Shown one piece after another: positions 9,290 through 17,524 of a stretch of DNA of 31,997 nt. Source of the DNA: Cryomorphaceae bacterium. Lineage in GTDB: Bacteria; Bacteroidota; Bacteroidia; Flavobacteriales_F; PHOS-HE28. The notes under the pieces were generated by a model, which saw only the letters and a program-made list of their open reading frames with translations, did no database searches and was not told the origin of the DNA. The position numbers and the translations under genes are program-made. The DNA is taken from the NCBI GenBank assembly GCA_044463585.1, contig JBIQMI010000001.1, forward strand, positions 1 to 31,997. The letters run 5' to 3'. Each line of letters starts with the position of its first letter. The stretch's first letter is position 1.

Positions 9290-11772
9290 GGGGAACGAGA
9301 ATGCTGCTGGTGCTGGCCTGCGCGGCGATGGCCTGGGCGGCAACGGCGCAAACCACCCGCATCACCGGTACGGTCACCGATGCGGCCACGGGCGAGCCGT
9401 TGCCCTTCGTGAACGTGGGCTTCATCGACAGCCGCGTGTCCACCAACAGCGATCTCGACGGCAACTATTCCTTGGACACCTACTACGCCACCGACAGCAT
9501 ACGTGCCATGAGCGTGGGCTACATGCCCTTCACCGCCAAGGTGAAACGCGACCAGGTGCAACGGATCGACATCAAGCTGAAGCCGCAGACCGAGGAACTG
9601 GAGAACGTGGTGATCACCTACCAGGGCAATCCGGCGTTTCCCATCCTGCGCCGCCTGGTGGCCAACAAGCCGGTGAACAACCGCGAAAAATTGGAGGCTT
9701 ACCAGTATGAGGCCTACAACAAGGTGGAATTCGACCTGAACAACATCACCGAGGAATTCGAGAACCGAAAGCTCTTCAAGGACTTCGCGTTCATTTTCCA
9801 GCATGTGGACACCACCGGCGGAAAACCTTTCCTGCCCATCTTCATGACCGAAACGCTGAGCGAGGTGTACTACCGGCAGAAACCCAAGGCCACCAAGGAA
9901 TTCATACACGGCACCAAGGTGAGCGGGCTGGAGAACCCCAGCATTTCGCAGTTCATGGGCGACATGTACCAGAACGTGAACATCTACGACAACTTCCTGG
10001 TGATCTTCGGCAAGAACTTCGTGAGCCCGATAGCGGATGGCGGGCGGGGCTACTACAACTACTACCTGCTGGACAGCAACTGGGTGGGCAACAACTGGTG
10101 CTACCGGATCGATTTCAGCCCCAAGCGCGTGCAGGAACTGGCCTTCACCGGCACCATGTGGGTGAACGATACCAGCTATGCCGTGAAGCGCATACAGGCC
10201 ACCATTGCACCGGGCGCGAACCTCAACTTCGTGCAAAGCTTCCAGGTGGAGCAGGAATACAGCCAAGTGCAGCCCGAGGTGTGGATGCTCACCCGCGACA
10301 AGCTGGTAGTGGACCTGAACGTGGTGAAGAACCAGGGCAAGGACCCCAAGCACCCGGTTCAGGGTTTCTATGGGCGCCGCACCGCCAGCTACCGCGATTT
10401 CGTGATCAACAAGCCCAAGCCGCCCGAGTTCTATGCCGGGGCGGACGAAGTGGTGATGGACATTGACCCGCTGAGCCTGGGCGCGGCCTACTGGGACGAG
10501 AACCGCCACGAGAACCTCACCAAGCAGGAAGTGGCCATCTACCACATGGTGGACACCATGAAAACGATCCCGCGGTTCCGCACCTACGTGGACATTGTCA
10601 CCACCATTTTCACGGGCTATTACACCCGTGGCAAGATCGATATCGGGCCGTACTTCACCACCTACAGCTTCAATCCGGTGGAGGGGAACCGCTTCCGCAT
10701 CGGCGGGCGCACCAGCAGCAACTTCAGCACCCGCACCGAGTTCAGCGGCTACACCGCCTACGGCACGCGCGACGGCCGCTTCAAGTTCGGCCTCGGCGGC
10801 AAAACGTTCGTCAGCAAAAGGTCGCGCCAGATCGTGGAACTGAACTACAAGCAGGACCTGGAGCAACTGGGCGAAAGCGTGAATGCCTTCCGGCAGGACA
10901 ACATCCTCAGCAGTGTGTTCCGGCGAACGCCAAACACCAAGCTCACCCTGGTGGAAGAGACCCGCGCCAGCTACCAGCGCGAATGGTTCACCGGGCTGGA
11001 CAATGCGCTGCTGCTGCGTTACCGCGCCCTGTACCCCCGCGGCGACCTGAAATACCTGAGGCCCGGGCCGGAAGGTGAACCGCCCACCACGCTCAACGCC
11101 ATACAAACCGCGGAGGTGGCCCTGAACACGCGTTTCGCCTACAGGGAAAAGTACGTGAGCGGCGACTTCAGCCGCATGAGCCTTGGCACGCGCTACCCCA
11201 CCGTGGAGCTCCATTTGGCCATGGGCCTGCCCAGCATGGCGCGCAGCGAATACGGCTACCAGAAGATGGTGGCCCACGTGTACCAGCGGCTGCAGCTGGG
11301 CAGCCTGGGCTGGATGCGCCTGAACGCCGAGGCGGGCCGCGTGTGGGGCGACCTGCCGTACCCGCTACTGGTGCTGCACAGCGGCAACGAAACGTTCTAC
11401 AACGACGACCTCGCTTTCAACACCATGAACTACTTCGAGTTCATCAGCGACCGGTACGCGCAGCTCTTCGCCGAACACCATTTCGAGGGCCTGTTCCTGA
11501 ACCGCATACCGTTGATGCGCCGCCTGAAATGGCGCGAAGTGGTGGGCGCAAAGGCCGTGGTGGGCGCGCTGGACCTGGCCCGCACCAGCAAGGAAATGCT
11601 GCTGCTGCCCGGCATGTACGCGCTGGACCAAGGCCCGTTCGTGGAGGTGAACGCCGGCGTGGAGAACATTTTGAAGGTGCTGCGCGTGGACGGTGTTTGG
11701 AGGCTCACCTACAACGACCACCCCGGAACGAGTTCCTTTGCCCTGCGCCTGAACCTGGCCATATCCTTCTGA
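9286..11772 (+). CDS. Outer-membrane protein with carboxypeptidase-regulatory-like N-terminal domain (DUF5686-like)
   Basis: ATGA overlap with the tatC stop. Signal peptide MRGTRMLLVLACAAMAWAATAQ, then ITGTVTDAATGEPLPFVNV, YQYEAYNKVEFD, FVSPIAD, FNPVEGNRF and a terminal Phe. Confidence 0.82.
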   Translation: MRGTRMLLVLACAAMAWAATAQTTRITGTVTDAATGEPLPFVNVGFIDSRVSTNSDLDGNYSLDTYYATDSIRAMSVGYMPFTAKVKRDQVQRIDIKLKPQTEELENVVITYQGNPAFPILRRLVANKPVNNREKLEAYQYEAYNKVEFDLNNITEEFENRKLFKDFAFIFQHVDTTGGKPFLPIFMTETLSEVYYRQKPKATKEFIHGTKVSGLENPSISQFMGDMYQNVNIYDNFLVIFGKNFVSPIADGGRGYYNYYLLDSNWVGNNWCYRIDFSPKRVQELAFTGTMWVNDTSYAVKRIQATIAPGANLNFVQSFQVEQEYSQVQPEVWMLTRDKLVVDLNVVKNQGKDPKHPVQGFYGRRTASYRDFVINKPKPPEFYAGADEVVMDIDPLSLGAAYWDENRHENLTKQEVAIYHMVDTMKTIPRFRTYVDIVTTIFTGYYTRGKIDIGPYFTTYSFNPVEGNRFRIGGRTSSNFSTRTEFSGYTAYGTRDGRFKFGLGGKTFVSKRSRQIVELNYKQDLEQLGESVNAFRQDNILSSVFRRTPNTKLTLVEETRASYQREWFTGLDNALLLRYRALYPRGDLKYLRPGPEGEPPTTLNAIQTAEVALNTRFAYREKYVSGDFSRMSLGTRYPTVELHLAMGLPSMARSEYGYQKMVAHVYQRLQLGSLGWMRLNAEAGRVWGDLPYPLLVLHSGNETFYNDDLAFNTMNYFEFISDRYAQLFAEHHFEGLFLNRIPLMRRLKWREVVGAKAVVGALDLARTSKEMLLLPGMYALDQGPFVEVNAGVENILKVLRVDGVWRLTYNDHPGTSSFALRLNLAISF

Positions 11773-12516
11773 ATGATCCTCCGCGCCGACCATATCGTGA
11801 AACGTTACAAGCGCCGCACCGTGGTGGGCGGCGTGAGCGTGCAGGTGGCGCAGGGCGAGATCGTGGGCCTGCTGGGGCCCAACGGTGCCGGCAAGACCAC
11901 CAGCTTCTACATGATCGTGGGGTTGATCAAGCCCAACGAAGGCCGGGTGTACCTGGACCATACCGACATCACCGATCTGCCCATGTACAAGCGCGCCAAA
12001 CTGGGCATCGGATACCTGCCGCAAGAGGCCAGCGTGTTCCGCAAGCTCAGCGTGGAGGACAACATCCGCGCGATCCTGGAAATGACCAAGCTCACCAAGG
12101 CCGAACAGGAACACCGCCTGGAAACATTGCTCGATGAATTCAGCCTGGGGCACGTGCGCAAGAACATGGGCGATGTGCTGAGCGGGGGCGAACGGCGCCG
12201 CACCGAGATCGCGCGCAGCCTCGCCACGGAACCGAAATTCATCCTGCTGGACGAACCCTTCGCCGGCGTGGACCCCATTGCCGTGGAGGACATCCAGGGC
12301 ATCGTGTCGCACCTGAAGGAACGCAACATCGGCGTGCTCATCACCGACCACAACGTGCAGGAAACACTGAGCATCACCGACAGGGCCTACCTGTTGTTCG
12401 AGGGCAAGATCCTGAAGCAGGGTACGGCGGAGGAGCTTGCCGCGGACGAGCAGGTGCGCAAGGTGTACCTCGGCCAGAATTTCGTGCTGCGGCGCGCGGT
12501 GCCAAAGGCAGAATAG
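11773..12516 (+). CDS. lptB: LPS export ABC transporter ATP-binding protein LptB
   Basis: [49 protein letters not shown]. Confidence 0.96.
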   Translation: MILRADHIVKRYKRRTVVGGVSVQVAQGEIVGLLGPNGAGKTTSFYMIVGLIKPNEGRVYLDHTDITDLPMYKRAKLGIGYLPQEASVFRKLSVEDNIRAILEMTKLTKAEQEHRLETLLDEFSLGHVRKNMGDVLSGGERRRTEIARSLATEPKFILLDEPFAGVDPIAVEDIQGIVSHLKERNIGVLITDHNVQETLSITDRAYLLFEGKILKQGTAEELAADEQVRKVYLGQNFVLRRAVPKAE

Positions 12517-12522
12517 GGCGCC

Positions 12523-13104
12523 ATGTCCGTGCAAGACCCGAACGTTCTCCTCGCGCTGGAGGTGGTGTCCGTGGTGCTGAACGTGGCCTACACCCTATGC
12601 ATCGCCTACCAAAAGCGCGTGGGGTGGTTGTTCGGTTTTGTGGCCAGCGCCATTGCGGTGGGCCTGTACGTACTGGCACAAACATGGGCCATGAGCGTGT
12701 TGAATGCCTACTACGTGGGCATGGCCGTTTATGGCTGGTGGAGCTGGGGCAGGGCAGGGGAGGAAGGACGGGTCCGCACGCAGGGCGCGATGTTCCATGC
12801 GTTGGCCGTGCCCGGCGGCCTACTGCTCAGCTACCTGGCCGCATCGGTATTGGACCAGTACCTCGATGGCAACTTCCCCCGGCTCGATGCCTTTGTGACC
12901 GTGTTCAGTTTCCTGGCCACTTGGTTGATGGCCCGCAAATACATCTCCAATTGGCTCTACTTCATCCTCGCCGATACCGTGGGCATTTGGCTGAACTGGC
13001 GCATCGGCTATAAGGCCTACGCGGCGCTTTTCGCCATGTACCTCGTGCTTTCAGTGGTGGGTTACATGAAATGGAAAAAGCAGTTGGCCGCATCCGAGCG
13101 GTAA
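12523..13104 (+). CDS. pnuC: PnuC-family vitamin transporter (nicotinamide riboside or thiamine/PnuT-like)
   Basis: YGWWSW, LDAFVTVFSFLATWLMARK, NWLYFILAD and GYMKWKK motifs; hydrophobic throughout. Confidence 0.88.
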   Translation: MSVQDPNVLLALEVVSVVLNVAYTLCIAYQKRVGWLFGFVASAIAVGLYVLAQTWAMSVLNAYYVGMAVYGWWSWGRAGEEGRVRTQGAMFHALAVPGGLLLSYLAASVLDQYLDGNFPRLDAFVTVFSFLATWLMARKYISNWLYFILADTVGIWLNWRIGYKAYAALFAMYLVLSVVGYMKWKKQLAASER

Positions 13105-13121
13105 CGGCACGACAGCTCCGC

Positions 13122-13560
13122 CTGCGATCCCGCCGGGATCGAAAACCACCGCGGCCAAGGCATTCCTCTGCGTCCTGGCCGAACCTGAGGATCGATGCTA
13201 CTGTGCGTACTCTCCGTGTTCTCCGCGTCCTACGCGGTTAAACCCACCGCGGCCAAGGCATTCCTCCGCGCCGCTGCGCCTCCGCGGCAAACCCATCGCG
13301 GCCAAGACATTCCTCTGTGTGCCGGTCGAACCGGTGGTTCGACGCTACTGTGCGTACTCTCCGCGTTCTCCGCGTCCTCCGCGGTTAACCACCGCGGCCA
13401 AGGCATTCCTCCGCGCCGCTGCGCCTCCACGGCAAACCCATCGCGGCCGAGGCAATCCTCCGCGCCTCTGCGCCTCCGCGGCAAACAAATCGCGGCCACG
13501 GCATTCCTTCTGTGCGCTCCGTGCACTCTGTGGATGAAACCCATCGCGGCCAAGACTTTG
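13122..13560. repeat. REP-like repeat array, reverse-complement relative of the 3966 and 5494 clusters
   Basis: Core CGCGGCCAAGGCATTCCTC variants at 13150, 13248, 13297, 13393, 13442, 13491 and 13545. Hairpin CGATCCCGCCGGGATCG at 13125-13141. Confidence 0.9.
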
Positions 13561-13596
13561 TGAAGTGGCGCAGGCAATTGCGGGCGCAGAATGTCT

Positions 13597-14988
13597 TCAT
13601 CGCTTGACGAACGGACGCACCTGCCGGCGGCCGTTCGCCAGTAGTTGGATGTAATAAGTTCCCGGGGCCAATGCGCCCAGGTCCATCGTAGCCCGCAGCC
13701 CTTGTGCGGCCTGGGAATGCACCATCCTGCCCCGACTGTCCAGGACGTCGATCCGCGCTTGTCCATGCGCGGCTTCCTTCCACTCGATGTGAATTTCCTG
13801 CCCAGCCGGGTTGGGGTGAAGTTCCATCCGGAAGGCCGCATCAGGCTTGGCAATGTCCAAGGGCGTGGAGATCATGTGGGCGATGTACGGCACGGCATCG
13901 TTTTCCTGCTGCGTGAACTCGCCTGCCGCATACATGCCAAAGGCATCCACGATGCCCAAGTCCAGTACGATGGCATTCACCGGCCCGTTGAACGAAGCCA
14001 TCGGCACCAGCCCGTTGGGCACACCGTTGAAAGCTGCCAGGCCCTGCCCCTCGGCGTTCCCTTGTTGGTAATGAAATGCGCCGCCCACAAGGAATCCGGG
14101 GTTCATGGCGATCAAGGCCCGTACCTCCACGGGTTCGGCGGACGGCGTGATGTAATCGGCAAGGTCGGGAAGCATGTGCGCCCAAGTGGTGCTGCCTTGC
14201 CCCAATAGGGGCAACCCGAAGCGGGCAGTGCCATCCTGGTACAGGGCACCGCCTGCGCACAAGGCACCATCGGCTCCTTCCAACAGCACGTTCACGTAGC
14301 CGTCCAATCCGTCGCCCAGTTGCAGCCATTCTGCATCTTCCAGCACCGCCACATGCGCCGTTTCCACGATCACCAAACCAATGGTACTGGTAAAGTCGCC
14401 CCCGGCCACTAGCTTGGTGCCGAAGGACCCCAAGGTTTTTACCGTGTTGTTGAACTTGTCGCCCACCTGGTGCCACGTACCGCCAACAAATGCCTGTACA
14501 AAATGGTCCGACCCTGCAAAGCCGTACGAAACTCCTGCCGCGTACAGGGTGCCCTGATGCACATGCAAGGCGGTGATCTGCGGTAATTTCCCTTGGAATA
14601 CGGTGCTGTAGGTCCACTGGTTGCCGTCCCAATGTGCCAGGTCGCCGTTGCCGCCAAGGCCGGAGCCGCCGAGGTAGAGGTCATTGCCAAGCAGTACGCC
14701 GCAACTGACCGTGCCCGTTATACCATTGCCGAACGGGACGTAACCATTGCCGTACCCGGCCACATGCTGCGTACTAAGGCCACCTGCTTCGGTGAAGCTC
14801 CCGGCAAGCCGGAGAAACGGGCTCATGCCATTCAGTAAAACAGTAACCCGCCCATTCGTGCCACCATCTACCGGCGACCAGTTGTACGTATTTGGGGGAG
14901 GGGAGACAGGAGGCATACCCGTTGTGGCAGGAGATGTCAGGCTGATCAACGCTCCGCACGCAATGGCGAGGACGTGTGGTTGTAACAT
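13597..14988 (-). CDS. T9SS type A sorting domain protein with beta-propeller-like repeats
   Basis: N-terminal hydrophobic signal, repeated LYxGGxF / WxxLGxG motifs, C-terminal LHPNPA...IDVLDSRGRMV...LAPGTYYIQL...PFVKR. Confidence 0.85.
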   Translation of the reverse strand: MLQPHVLAIACGALISLTSPATTGMPPVSPPPNTYNWSPVDGGTNGRVTVLLNGMSPFLRLAGSFTEAGGLSTQHVAGYGNGYVPFGNGITGTVSCGVLLGNDLYLGGSGLGGNGDLAHWDGNQWTYSTVFQGKLPQITALHVHQGTLYAAGVSYGFAGSDHFVQAFVGGTWHQVGDKFNNTVKTLGSFGTKLVAGGDFTSTIGLVIVETAHVAVLEDAEWLQLGDGLDGYVNVLLEGADGALCAGGALYQDGTARFGLPLLGQGSTTWAHMLPDLADYITPSAEPVEVRALIAMNPGFLVGGAFHYQQGNAEGQGLAAFNGVPNGLVPMASFNGPVNAIVLDLGIVDAFGMYAAGEFTQQENDAVPYIAHMISTPLDIAKPDAAFRMELHPNPAGQEIHIEWKEAAHGQARIDVLDSRGRMVHSQAAQGLRATMDLGALAPGTYYIQLLANGRRQVRPFVKR

Positions 14989-15063
14989 GATTTCAATGGG
15001 TTGGTTCGTAATCCAGGACGCATGCGTTGTTCCCTGCGCTGCCCCGCGAAGTTATTTTGTGCC

Positions 15064-15597
15064 ATGCGCAAAATCGTCATCACCGGCCCAGAGTGCAGTG
15101 GCAAATCCACGCTCTCCAAGAACTTGGCAGGGCACTATGGCGTGCGCTGGGTGCCGGAAATGGCGCGGTTCTACTTGGACCGCATCGGGCGTGCCTATAC
15201 CGAGGATGACCTGTTGCAGATCGCGCGGCTACAGGTGCAGGCGGAGGAAGAGGCAATGGCCGATGGCGCCGGAGACCTGCTGATCTGCGATACCGACCTG
15301 ATCACCATCCGTATTTGGGGCGAGGAGAAATACGGCCGCTCCGACCCTTGGATCATTGAGCAAACGAAGGAACGTCCGTACGACCTCTGGTTGCTCAGCA
15401 AGCCGGATATCCCGTGGGTGTATGATCCGCAACGCGAGAACCCGCATGACCGCGACAGGCTGTTCGATGTGCACAGGCAACTGCTGAAGGAATTGGGCAA
15501 GCCTTATGCGATCGTTGGTGGCGAGGAGCAGGAGCGGTTGCGGCAGGGGTTAGCCGCGATAAATCCAATCTTGCCTATGGAAAGAGATAGTCGATAA
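15064..15597 (+). CDS. NadR-like P-loop ATPase/kinase (AAA_28-like)
   Basis: MRKIVITGPECSGKSTL, VPEMARFY, LICDTD, PDIPWVYDPQRE. Confidence 0.88.
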   Translation: MRKIVITGPECSGKSTLSKNLAGHYGVRWVPEMARFYLDRIGRAYTEDDLLQIARLQVQAEEEAMADGAGDLLICDTDLITIRIWGEEKYGRSDPWIIEQTKERPYDLWLLSKPDIPWVYDPQRENPHDRDRLFDVHRQLLKELGKPYAIVGGEEQERLRQGLAAINPILPMERDSR

Positions 15598-15982
15598 AGC
15601 TGAGAACGATAGGTATTGAAATTACTAAAGCGCCTATAGCACCTAAAATGAGGAATGAATCAAGTATAAATTTACGCCTATACTCAAATCGATTTCGCCT
15701 GACACGTTTCATGTATCCTCCGTTCTCCATGAAAATCAATCCGTTGTATGACATGAAAAACGTTGGGTAATTAAGGAGGTACTCGCCGTTTTTCTTTAGA
15801 TGGGACTTTGATGCGTATCCGTCTTCGTGCAGCTTGTGACAGATAGCCGTAATCGAGACCGGGTCTAAGCCCAAATCATACTCTGTATTCAAATCTTGAG
15901 CAAGCACATAATCCCTGCGTGTGCGGGAATAGGTGAGGAGCGATTCCAGTACGGCATCCAGCTGTTTTATCCGGTGGTCCAT
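15575..15982 (-). CDS. Hypothetical protein, AT-rich, with C-terminal TM helix
   Basis: 135-aa ORF from MDHRIK in visibly AT-richer DNA. Ends in ILDSFLILGAIGALVISIPIVLSF. Its stop overlaps the 3' end of the ATPase by 23 nt. Confidence 0.6.
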   Translation of the reverse strand: MDHRIKQLDAVLESLLTYSRTRRDYVLAQDLNTEYDLGLDPVSITAICHKLHEDGYASKSHLKKNGEYLLNYPTFFMSYNGLIFMENGGYMKRVRRNRFEYRRKFILDSFLILGAIGALVISIPIVLSFIDYLFP

Positions 15983-16119
15983 GGGTTTGGCTTTTTCGGT
16001 ATCAAAAATAGCCAACAACATTCAAAATACCAAGGCGAAAACTGACCTTTCGACTGCAAAATTCCAATCCGTGCGACCCGAACTTTCCGGATGCCGAACG
16101 GATGGCACTTCCACGTGCC

Positions 16120-17366
16120 TTATTGCTTGACGAACGACCGCGTGACCGGGCCGCTGGTTGAAAGTAACCGCACGATGTACGCACCGGGGGGCAGGGTCGA
16201 AACATCCAAAGCCGTGGACTTGGCCCCAGAAGTGATTGTGGCTGCTGCCACAACGGCGCCATGCGCATCCACCACTTCAATGCGCGTACCGGCGGACGGA
16301 ATGGCATCAGTGGTGACGGTCAACTGGCTGCCCGCTGGATTGGGGAAAAGCCCGAACGGTGCGGGTTGCACCGTGGTGGCCACTTGCATGGGAATGGTGG
16401 TGTGCCCGATGTGGGGCACCGATTCATTGCCGTTCCCTTGGAATGTGCCGCCGGCGATCAACTCCGTCGGTCCGTTGCACGCCAAGGCCTGCACCGGTCC
16501 ATCCAGATCGGCGTAGGGCGTGAAAGCATCCGCGCTGCCATTGAACTTCGCGACACCCATGCCGTTTGTACCGCCCTGTGTGATCTGGAAATCGCCGCCC
16601 AGAAAGAGGTCCGTGCCGTTTTGCGCCAAGGCCCTCACCTCAACATTCAACGGAGCGGTGCTGATGTAATCGGCCGCATTCGGCATCAGCATCTCCCACG
16701 TGTTGCCGGCGTTGCCGAACCGGGCCAAACCGAATTGTGCTGCACCGTTCTCGCGGATATGGCCACCGGCGTACAGGATCCCATTGGCATCGAGCAAAGC
16801 GCTCACGGCATCAGGCAGGCCCATCCCCAGCGGGGACCAGTCGCCGTTTTCGAGCATGGCCACGTGGATCAAGTTTGTTCCCCCGCCATTCTGCATGGCC
16901 GTGAATTCACCGCCCACCACCAAGTGCCCATTGTGCCAGCCCAGCGCATTGATCGCGCCGTTGAGGTTGCTGCCCACGAATTGCCATTCGCCGCCGGGGC
17001 CGCGCGACATCACATGTTGCATTGAACCGGCGAACCCCATGGTGGTGCCCGATGCGTACAGCACACCATCATGCACGAACAAGGCATGCACGGCGGGTGC
17101 ATTCCCGCTGAAGGCGTTCTCGAAGTTCCATTGCGAGCCGTTCCAAATTCCGATGTCGTTGTAGTTCCCGCTGAGCGCGGAACCGCCGACATAGATGACA
17201 CCGTCCAGCACCGCCACGCTTGAGAGGCTTGCAGTAATGCCGGTACCCAGTGCTTGGAAAGCGGTTCCATTCCAAAGGGCCACATGGTTTGCCACCACGC
17301 CGCCTGCTTGGCTGAAATCGCCCACCACCACCAAGGAATCACCGGTTCCTTTTGCCATGGCTGTCA
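16120..17366 (-). pseudogene. 5'-truncated T9SS cargo protein, paralog of 13597-14988
   Basis: Collinear similarity to the 13597 gene (GDFSQAGG vs GSFTEAGG; MLMPNAADYI vs HMLPDLADYI; SFVKQ vs PFVKR). Similarity stops at VTAMAKG (~17366). No signal peptide, and the upstream DNA is the opposite-strand promoter and TPP riboswitch. Confidence 0.7.
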
Positions 17367-17385
17367 CCAAAGTGCGCGCGGCGGC

Positions 17386-17393
17386 TATCTTTG
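17386..17393 (+). promoter_or_regulatory. Bacteroidota -7 promoter element for the TPP riboswitch/TonB receptor transcript
   Basis: TATCTTTG matches TAnnTTTG immediately upstream of the aptamer. Confidence 0.65.
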
Positions 17394-17397
17394 TCAC

Positions 17398-17478
17398 CGT
17401 CTTCACTGGGGTGCCCGCCATGCGCGAGCTGAGATCATACCCATAGAACCTGCGCAGGTAATGCTGCGAAGGGACACG
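17398..17478 (+). ncRNA. TPP riboswitch (THI element)
   Basis: GGGGTGCC (17408) ... CTGAGA (17429) ... ATACCC ... GAACCTG (17446) ... CAGGTAATGCTGCGAAGGGA (17455-17474), upstream of a TonB receptor. Confidence 0.93.
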
Positions 17479-17524
17479 CACCGGCAACGGCGCACCTCCG
17501 TGAAAGGCATCAACACGGAGGTAC

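Noticed and set aside
13145..13560. CRISPR array
   Set aside because: Repeats are degenerate, spacers vary in length and are themselves duplicated, related modules occur at other loci, and no cas genes are present.
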